Shown here piece by piece: positions 43,801 through 49,932 of a stretch of 49,932 nucleotides of DNA; position 1 is the first letter of the stretch; the number at the start of each line of letters is the position of its first letter. Origin of the DNA: a virus (taxonomy: Duplodnaviria; Caudoviricetes); IMG/VR virus record IMGVR_UViG_3300030330_002882, positions 1 to 49,932 of that record. The stretch is one strand, 5' to 3'. Made by a program: the position numbers and the translations under genes. Under the pieces are notes generated by a model. That model had not been told where the DNA came from, searched no databases, and saw only the letters and a list, made by a program, of their open reading frames with translations.

Positions 43801-46800
43801 ACGATCTCTGTTTCTGAGGGTAGACCTTTTGGTCAAGAAGTAGCTCAGGCTATTGACGATACTCTTATGGAAGCCTTCAAGGGCAATAGAGAGCTTGTTG
43901 ACGAGATACTTGACCACGCTGCTGGTGCTTACGGTGCAAATAGGGAAGAAGCAATACTGCTTTTTGCTAGAGATATTTCTGGTGAGTACAAAGCAATAAA
44001 AGACGCGGTTGATGCTGGTGTTTCTCCTGCTGAAACTTGGCAGCGACAGATGCTAAATGTTGCCGACATTCAAGCACAGCTAATCCATCCTCTCAGGAAA
44101 GCGGATCATCCACAAATATCAGACATACCTGAAAACATGTCTATGCTTGACTTCATAGCTACCATACAAAACAGAAAGGTTGAGTTTGGTGCTTTGTATG
44201 ATGCAAGAAATGGTGCTCAGGTAACTGTGAACAGAGGAACAAAGGACTCTGTAAAGATCACCGAGCATGTTGATTTAAATATCCTTGATGATTTAATCCA
44301 ATCAGGAGAGTTGGTAACAATACACAACCACCCAAGTGGGTATGGTCTGGCTAGACTAAGAGAAGAAAATAAAAAACTAAAAATATGGACAGACAAGCAA
44401 CTTAAGTTTGTTGAAGATCAGGCTGGCGAAAGCTTGGTATTTAGTTTTGATGACATGCTAGCAGACTTAGCCTTAAACTCTAAGGCTGCTGTTGTTGTTC
44501 AGCCAAATGGGACTATTTGGATGGTCAAGCGTCCCCCAAATGGGTGGAAGGGTGGTCTAGGGCCAGACTCTGGAACGTATGCAGAACGTGTAAAGTTTAT
44601 TGAAGACAACATTGAGATGTTTAGTCAGAAGTTTTTCGACCTAAAACAAGAGATTGCATCGGAAGTTTCTGACATTGTTAAGTATTACGGCGAAGATTTT
44701 TCAACGCTAAAAGCAGCACTTGATGATGGAATCATTACAACAAGACAGTACAAAGCCATTCGCAAGGCTAAACAAAAGGATAGTCTTAACTACGTGTTAG
44801 CCTATGCTAGGGAGAGCTATAATGAAAAAGCCGCAGACATCTTCGAGTCCCTCTTCGGGGCCAGACCGTTTAGAACAAGTGTCGAGGCAAATAAATACGA
44901 CGTTAAGCCGCCAATACGAAGAGATCCTGATACAGGCAATGTCATCGTTGAGCGAGGCTATACAGGGCGCCGAATCAGGGAAGCAATCCGTTTCAAAAAA
45001 CAAGAAACAAAAGCGGCGATTGCCGAGATTAAAAACTATCGATTAGGTCTCATAGGAAAAGAAGACCTAATCTACACACGAAAGGTCATAGAGGACTTTT
45101 CAAACACATACTCAAGCAAGCTTATAGATAAAAGTCGCCAGTTTGCATCCAAACACTACAACATATCTGCTCCAGATGAAGTAGCAGAACAAGCTGACAT
45201 CATCTTAGAAGATATCTTTAGTTGGATTAGGTCTGATTACCCCTCTAGCAACTTTGGTTTGCCTGTATATAAGGGTGGAAATCGTGTATCTAGAACGGCT
45301 AGTGAATGGATAGCTGAAAAGAAGGATGTACTGGATCTACCAGACTCAGTTACGGCTCAAGAAGTACTTGACCTGTTTAGAGATGTAATCAAAAGCAGAG
45401 AAGCTTCCTATCATGCACAGTTAAGACTCAATGAACTAGGTGCTGGAGCAAAAAGGCTAAAAGGTAAGAGGGGTGACTACTCTTCTTCACTGTCAGTTGC
45501 TGAAATTCAAAAGAAGGCCAATAAGATTAAGTCTCAACGTGTTGATGATGTCCTAAATCAGGTATTGAAGGGCGTAAATAGCTTTGATGACGCCAAGATT
45601 AAAATCCGAGAGGCTTTTGATGAGCTATTAAATGTTCCAGACACCCCCATCTTTTCTAAAATGAAAGATGAGATGGCAGAAAAGCTTGCTTATCAAGCAT
45701 ATAAACGAGGATATAGCCTCAAACCTGCATTAAAAGAAGCAAAAAATGCAGGAAGAAAGCTTTTAGCTGATGAACTTGAAGAGCTAAAAGTAGAACTTGC
45801 AGAAAAAATCCCACGCATGGAAATACCCGACGTAAAAGCTGGTACTACCGCAACAGAATATCTTAAAGACTGGGAGTTAAAGGTATGGGATGAGTTCAAG
45901 GAGCTAACAGAAAACCTTACAACAGAAGAAGGTCTTCTTGCCGCCTTTGCTGCTTTAGCAGACTCACCAAAAGTGATTAATCAGAAGACAGTAGGCAAAG
46001 ATGCCTATGACTTCTATAAAACCAGATATAAGTACCTTCTTGGTCAAAGAATGGGTGAGCTTCCGAAGGAACTGGAGCCTGTAAAAGAAGCATTTACCTC
46101 TTTGATAAAACATTACGAACAAATGTATATCAAGCACGGGATGACTTTTGTTAAGAGCCCTGTAGAAATGCTTAGGCTTTGGGGCGTTGTTGATTACGTT
46201 CCTCATACACCCTTGCCGGGACTAGAAGTCCTTAACAATGGTCTTACCGAAACCTTTATGATCAAGGGTGCTAAAAAGGACTACAACGAGGCACTTGAAA
46301 GGTCTTTCGGTACTGGTTTAGAGCAAAGAAAGAGACGGCTTTTGCAAGGGACCATGAGAGAAGTCAATGCTTCTGCAAATAGAGACGGAGTTGTGATGGG
46401 AACATCCCCAACAACGCTTCTTGCTAGATATTTAAGTGCGTCTAAAGCTATATCAAACCAAGAGTTTATGTATTCTCTTTTGGTTGGTGGTGTTTTAAAG
46501 CCTGTTAAGCCTAAAAGTCCTTATGACCACGCCCTAGAAGTTCTTGCTAAGAAATACAATCTCGGATTTGATGAGGCCATTGAGTCAATGTCAAGGGCCG
46601 AGCTTTCTGGTCTAGTCACAACAAGCAATAAACTTTTACCGGAAGAGATGACTCTTCTAGATAATCTTCTTACTACCGCTGATTCTGGTGAAATGGTAAA
46701 TGTTGCTCAGCGTGCCATTGATCTTGGATACACCCCATTATTTGACAATGCATCAAAGATGCTTAGCAATGATCTTCTTGTAAATGGAAACGCTGCTCAA

Positions 46801-49020
46801 TGGGCAAAAGCAAACCTTCTTCCAAATCAAATGGACGATCTTATTGAAGAAGCTGCAAAGTATAGTAGGGCAGAAAGAGAAGATAAGTTTGCCAAGTTTG
46901 TAAGAGACACGCCTGCTATTAAGAAAGGCGATCAGATTATTAGCGTTGTAGGCCAGATTAGAGCAAACGACTACAAAAATGGTCAACCCCTTTATGACGT
47001 AATGTCTCGATACCAAGATGTTCTCAATAAAGAACTTAGAGATGCGGCATCTGATCTCTCAAAGAAGGGTATGGATGCGACCTCTATAGCTTCACAGCTA
47101 TCTAAAAATAAGTCTTCTTTACAAGAAAAAGCTTGGAATACTGTTGCAAAAGAACTGAATCAAAAAGCTTCAGATCTAAAAATATTAGAAAGGGTCAGTG
47201 GTGGTGAGTCACTTAGAGCCTTTTATAATCAACAAGATCAAATGTGGAACTTGTATGTTCCTGACGTTGTTAAGCAGTCTTTTGATGATCTCTTTCAACC
47301 TATTAATAAGGGTGGCAAAGTAGTTAAAGCTCTTAGAAGATTTAATGACTTCTGGAAGCTTCGCGTCACGATTATCGCAGCAGCGTTCCACTCAAGAAAC
47401 CATCTTTCTAATAAGCTTAGCAACTTACTAGACACTGGCATTGCTTCTTTAAATCCAAAGACAGGATTTGATGCTGGACAACTGTCTGCTTTAGTTCATT
47501 ACAGAGATAGATACGGGTCTATAGAAGCCGCTAAGAAGATTTTATCTGCACCTCAAGGTAGGGCTGAGCCACTCTGGAGGTACAACAATAGAAAAGCAGC
47601 TAACTCTTTATTAAACCAGCTTGCCAAGCCGGGTAAGACGTTTGATTTAGGCGACGGAATCTTTAGATCCGCAGATGAATCATTAAAGATTCTAGAAGAA
47701 AACGGGGTTATTGCTGGAAGTCTTCAACAGTTTGTTGATGTCAATATGTACGAGACACAGCTTGCTAGAATATATCAATCTGCTGGTATAGAAAAAAATC
47801 TAGACAAAGCAAAGCGTGCTGCAAGTGCTATTGAAGACGGCGTCATTATGGCTTTGCCCGGTCTTATGACGGGAATGGTTCTTCCTATTGGACTACCTAA
47901 AAAGGTAGGTTCTGCAATCGGTAGGTCTGTTGAAAACCAAGCAAGGCTAGTAAACTTTATAACCAATAATAAACAAGGTTTAAGTTTTAGTCAGTCTGCA
48001 AAAAAAGTAGAACAGTTTTTGTTCAACTACAGAGACCTTACCGCAGCACAAAAAGACTGGATGAGATTATTCTTTCCATTCTTTACTTGGACTCAAAAGA
48101 ACATAGCTCTACAACTTAAAATGATGCAAGAGAACCCTGTGTTTTACTCACAGTTCCAGCGTGTTCTTATTCATCAAGGCCCAGAAGTCGTAGAAGCTTA
48201 CAATCAAGAGATTGCTGGAGAAGAATACAGCCCTGTAAGGTCATCAGGTAAGTATCAGATGGCATTTAGAGATGACCACGCAAGAAACTTTATTAGGTTT
48301 CCTGTTCCCGGTAAGCCCGGTTTTTATGTAGAGGGGCTTGGTCTTCCTCAAGAGGCTTTGTTCGATCAGTTTGAAATGATGTCTCAGTTGAAAGACTTAA
48401 AGCCTACATTCCAAAGATTAGATAATAAAAATCAAGGTTGGAGATTTCTCGGTCAAACCCATATGCTTTTAAAGTATGTCACCGAAAGTATGCTTTTAAA
48501 GCACAATACTTTTATGGACATGCCGATAAGAGATATGACCAGCGGTAGGTTTATTGGTCAAGTTTTGGGGGCTATCAGAAACCTTCCTTTGGTTGGCGAG
48601 TCCACGGCTGGCGCACTGGAAGACATCACTGGATATAATGCCAATCAATATTACAGCACCAAATACAATACGTTTATGAGCACTCCAAGAGTAAATGGTT
48701 TTGCAAACTACAACTTTTCTGCTTTGCCTTGGTCTCGCGTACTGAAAGACGCTGCTGCCGCATCTATGATGTTTAATACAACTTACTTAGACAGAATGGA
48801 TGAGAGTATGAGGGAGAAATATGCTGAAAGCGATGCCCTTGAGCCTCTTTCAGAGCGACTTAAAGTGGTTGATGCAATCACTGGTATTCGTATTATTGCC
48901 GACAACAAAGAAGCAAGAAAAGCTCGCTTCGATTATGATGTAGAGCAGAGAAGACAAGAAGCATTTAGACGTGCTGGTATTACTGGCACTGGCAAATTTG
49001 AATTTCTAAAGGAACAGTAA
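40843..49020 (+). CDS. Giant internal virion/ejection (large polyvalent-type) protein with embedded JAB/MPN-like domain
   Basis: 2725 aa, helical, no Cys seen; DPLWFV, FHSRN, FLFNY..LT......R.FFPFFTW..KNI motifs of large podoviral ejection proteins; E...HNHPS...FS.DD at about aa 1114-1204. Confidence 0.7.
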   Translation: MAEKVPNAPATETLPQTESFSFDDQTFEPEEQEVQPSQDAVADDLDWLWDDDEEDEEDRFDYSDYNPKGPSEESFKSAFSLAKKAADPLSAKATVATNFSSRATEDLMKQVEEESGIVEVKRPLIVPREAGVGQSLRPSQSEVDSGAVSKDDESFLSDVSDYAVDKVIQFGGNVVLPALEQFDVPRSELWTAAYYAADKALPDSDTFYGSALSDIYSEYSVLSEKYSLMMNKRDVFQSEEQEEQYFKSVSDLSKNIYKAWADGKLYDAAKQRDGYFVERPEMFGLLTGGNASGFDYIDIAYPLDVMQRLNKNSPGFRGEGGLDKLARSTKEFGGPFVDPSGSLKGTSTVDLAKTLSDPTTRMMYGLALEVVADPLWFVGVAKNTIKASLNGVTYNLGQQSSRAVQVLDNISSSSGRSGMHAQTVLRAVVSTGEEANKARTVIREAADIAETQARYSSIQSLKFTRLADSVESTGDVGKAKQVLEKELADQVDELETIAAKYADPSGGQVVKKQYEVILKKVEEIKAEIAVLSGAGSDAKKVATSLRNLANKSNANSAVYRGAASDLRSFVNLAESSTHIKQVGITEKSLIPVFGTWHVPFKTQTATIGTKSQLQPVVKSLNKALQSNDVLASSITKTSELMQKFSADSVALKISQNLSRGVDALDGLSKGQQLVWSMYKAGDKAKTFTYAGADLLARILGTRYWQALTASKAISAEMQYYGSRQAMIMGLRNSDSSLVRMKRLRPDLWDNYQSSVTKYLRSVDGLAADATRRIDIIYRLAGGADGKGGALAEWKAATRDRDIPQLQAKIASLNSEIQNALKQPQNASNAQQLRALVKEQKKAQNDLINKQKILSDDYDVNALIDDVADLVETGAGKIDEIPWLKAVAEEWKKTRAFLASSLKIEEEAVNQSLLAMVRWGKGDKVAAEAIAERILEIRQVLEGRLPLINQKNLSMDQIVDALNVQLGSTTRLLNSVSENKLAEVVYRTISVSEGRPFGQEVAQAIDDTLMEAFKGNRELVDEILDHAAGAYGANREEAILLFARDISGEYKAIKDAVDAGVSPAETWQRQMLNVADIQAQLIHPLRKADHPQISDIPENMSMLDFIATIQNRKVEFGALYDARNGAQVTVNRGTKDSVKITEHVDLNILDDLIQSGELVTIHNHPSGYGLARLREENKKLKIWTDKQLKFVEDQAGESLVFSFDDMLADLALNSKAAVVVQPNGTIWMVKRPPNGWKGGLGPDSGTYAERVKFIEDNIEMFSQKFFDLKQEIASEVSDIVKYYGEDFSTLKAALDDGIITTRQYKAIRKAKQKDSLNYVLAYARESYNEKAADIFESLFGARPFRTSVEANKYDVKPPIRRDPDTGNVIVERGYTGRRIREAIRFKKQETKAAIAEIKNYRLGLIGKEDLIYTRKVIEDFSNTYSSKLIDKSRQFASKHYNISAPDEVAEQADIILEDIFSWIRSDYPSSNFGLPVYKGGNRVSRTASEWIAEKKDVLDLPDSVTAQEVLDLFRDVIKSREASYHAQLRLNELGAGAKRLKGKRGDYSSSLSVAEIQKKANKIKSQRVDDVLNQVLKGVNSFDDAKIKIREAFDELLNVPDTPIFSKMKDEMAEKLAYQAYKRGYSLKPALKEAKNAGRKLLADELEELKVELAEKIPRMEIPDVKAGTTATEYLKDWELKVWDEFKELTENLTTEEGLLAAFAALADSPKVINQKTVGKDAYDFYKTRYKYLLGQRMGELPKELEPVKEAFTSLIKHYEQMYIKHGMTFVKSPVEMLRLWGVVDYVPHTPLPGLEVLNNGLTETFMIKGAKKDYNEALERSFGTGLEQRKRRLLQGTMREVNASANRDGVVMGTSPTTLLARYLSASKAISNQEFMYSLLVGGVLKPVKPKSPYDHALEVLAKKYNLGFDEAIESMSRAELSGLVTTSNKLLPEEMTLLDNLLTTADSGEMVNVAQRAIDLGYTPLFDNASKMLSNDLLVNGNAAQWAKANLLPNQMDDLIEEAAKYSRAEREDKFAKFVRDTPAIKKGDQIISVVGQIRANDYKNGQPLYDVMSRYQDVLNKELRDAASDLSKKGMDATSIASQLSKNKSSLQEKAWNTVAKELNQKASDLKILERVSGGESLRAFYNQQDQMWNLYVPDVVKQSFDDLFQPINKGGKVVKALRRFNDFWKLRVTIIAAAFHSRNHLSNKLSNLLDTGIASLNPKTGFDAGQLSALVHYRDRYGSIEAAKKILSAPQGRAEPLWRYNNRKAANSLLNQLAKPGKTFDLGDGIFRSADESLKILEENGVIAGSLQQFVDVNMYETQLARIYQSAGIEKNLDKAKRAASAIEDGVIMALPGLMTGMVLPIGLPKKVGSAIGRSVENQARLVNFITNNKQGLSFSQSAKKVEQFLFNYRDLTAAQKDWMRLFFPFFTWTQKNIALQLKMMQENPVFYSQFQRVLIHQGPEVVEAYNQEIAGEEYSPVRSSGKYQMAFRDDHARNFIRFPVPGKPGFYVEGLGLPQEALFDQFEMMSQLKDLKPTFQRLDNKNQGWRFLGQTHMLLKYVTESMLLKHNTFMDMPIRDMTSGRFIGQVLGAIRNLPLVGESTAGALEDITGYNANQYYSTKYNTFMSTPRVNGFANYNFSALPWSRVLKDAAAASMMFNTTYLDRMDESMREKYAESDALEPLSERLKVVDAITGIRIIADNKEARKARFDYDVEQRRQEAFRRAGITGTGKFEFLKEQ

Positions 49021-49021
49021 A

Positions 49022-49462
49022 ATGGGTATTCGTACATTCAGTAGGTTCTCTTATGCCTACGCTCATCAGATTAGTTTTAATGATACAAACTTTACTGCCT
49101 TTGAGGTAGCTCAGGACTTGACCAACTCTCCAGAGTCTGATCGTGTTCCTGATAGTTGCGAAATAAAGAGTGTTGAGTTTGAGTTCACAGCAGACGGTAG
49201 TGCTACACAGGTCACTATGTATATTGCTAGGGACTCACAAGGAAGTGCTGGTATTACTCCAGGTGGTACAACTGGTGCAACAGCAGCCTTAACTGAGGGT
49301 CTTTCAAGCAATAAGTCTTCTGCTGTTTTTGAAATCGACAGCGATTACCACTTTGACTCAAGCGTTTCCAATACAAAGAAAGGAAGTATCTACATCATTG
49401 CAAAGGTAAATAATGCAACAGGTACTCCAACTGGAAACATTCGGCTCAACTGGAGGGCGTAG
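49022..49462 (+). CDS. Small beta-rich virion protein
   Basis: 146 aa, AAGGA RBS, immediately before the fibre gene. Confidence 0.55.
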   Translation: MGIRTFSRFSYAYAHQISFNDTNFTAFEVAQDLTNSPESDRVPDSCEIKSVEFEFTADGSATQVTMYIARDSQGSAGITPGGTTGATAALTEGLSSNKSSAVFEIDSDYHFDSSVSNTKKGSIYIIAKVNNATGTPTGNIRLNWRA

Positions 49463-49932
49463 TGTCTAACGTATTTGAAAATACTATCTCTGTTGATGCC
49501 AGCGGAAATGCAACTATTGAGGGAGACCTTACTGTTAAGGGAACCACAACAAGCATTGAGACTGTAAATCTTAAGGTAGAAGATAAGCTTATTGAGCTTG
49601 CTCATGGGACAACAGGAACACCTTCAGGTGATGCAGGATTAATCATCGAGCGTGGTTCTTCAGATAATGCAGCTATTATCTGGGATGAAAGCGGTGATAC
49701 CTTTGTTGTTGGTACCACTACCGCTACTGGTTCAAGCAGTGGTGACCTGTCGATTACAGATGGAGCCTTAAAGGCAGGGTCTTTAGACATTAGTGGTGAC
49801 GTAGATGTTGACGGAACCCTTGAAGCAGACGCCATTACAGTTAATGGAAGTTCTTTGAATACAGTAATCGCTGGTGTCACGGTTACCAATGCAACGAATG
49901 CAACGAATGCAACGAATGCGACCAATGCGACT
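49462..49932 (+). CDS. Tail fibre protein, N-terminal part (absent from ORF track; continues at position 1)
   Basis: GTG 49462 after GGAGGG; 157 open codons with GDLTVKGTTTSIETVNLKVEDKLIEL...DAGLIIERG...IIWDES, a common fibre segment; ends in NAT repeats on a codon boundary. Confidence 0.8.
   Translation, partial: MSNVFENTISVDASGNATIEGDLTVKGTTTSIETVNLKVEDKLIELAHGTTGTPSGDAGLIIERGSSDNAAIIWDESGDTFVVGTTTATGSSSGDLSITDGALKAGSLDISGDVDVDGTLEADAITVNGSSLNTVIAGVTVTNATNATNATNATNAT
49885..49932 (+). repeat. 9-bp tandem repeat encoding (Asn-Ala-Thr)n
   Basis: AATGCAACG x3 followed by AATGCGACC AATGCGACT. Confidence 0.9.

Noticed and set aside
38480-49020. Lytic transglycosylase or virion RNA polymerase within the large ejection proteins
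   Set aside because: No ES...GLMQ-type lysozyme motif or recognisable RNA polymerase catalytic motifs found by eye; a profile search is needed to exclude very divergent versions.
1-49932. Stop-codon reassignment
   Set aside because: Coding density is high under the standard code, TAA, TAG and TGA all end well-defined genes, and no suppressor tRNA is present.

Overview
The window looks like a complete, circularly permuted ~49.9 kb genome of a tailed dsDNA phage with podovirus-type architecture, probably aquatic. The ORF running off the right end (49462-49932) continues in frame into position 1, giving one ~536-aa tail-fibre gene, so the sequence closes into a circle. Modules: (i) a late operon from 23.4 kb across the origin to 5.17 kb (terminase, portal, scaffold, major capsid, decoration, adaptor, nozzle, tail proteins, three ejection-type proteins including a 2725-aa giant, tail fibre, Asp-box protein, six-gene lysis cassette); (ii) a divergent regulatory switch at 5.8-5.9 kb; (iii) a replication/recombination operon (DnaB, Rad52/Sak-like annealase, two SSBs, Cas4-like nuclease, RuvC-like resolvase, pyrimidine-dimer glycosylase, tRNA-Leu(UAA), DUF932); (iv) a minus-strand early-type cluster at 17.35-20.04 kb; (v) a non-coding likely terminus/origin region at 20.1-20.8 kb; (vi) a minus-strand cassette of small basic proteins. 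I recognised no DNA polymerase, primase, RNA polymerase, integrase, methyltransferase, reverse transcriptase or CRISPR array. Most notable: a JAB/MPN-like metal-binding domain inside the giant ejection protein, near-absence of AATT and CCWGG, a 27-bp promoter/operator element present twice, paired GTAC-rich origin-like tracts, and uneven TTA codon use matching the single tRNA. All family calls come from motif recognition by eye; no database search was run, and k-mer counts are by-eye and approximate.
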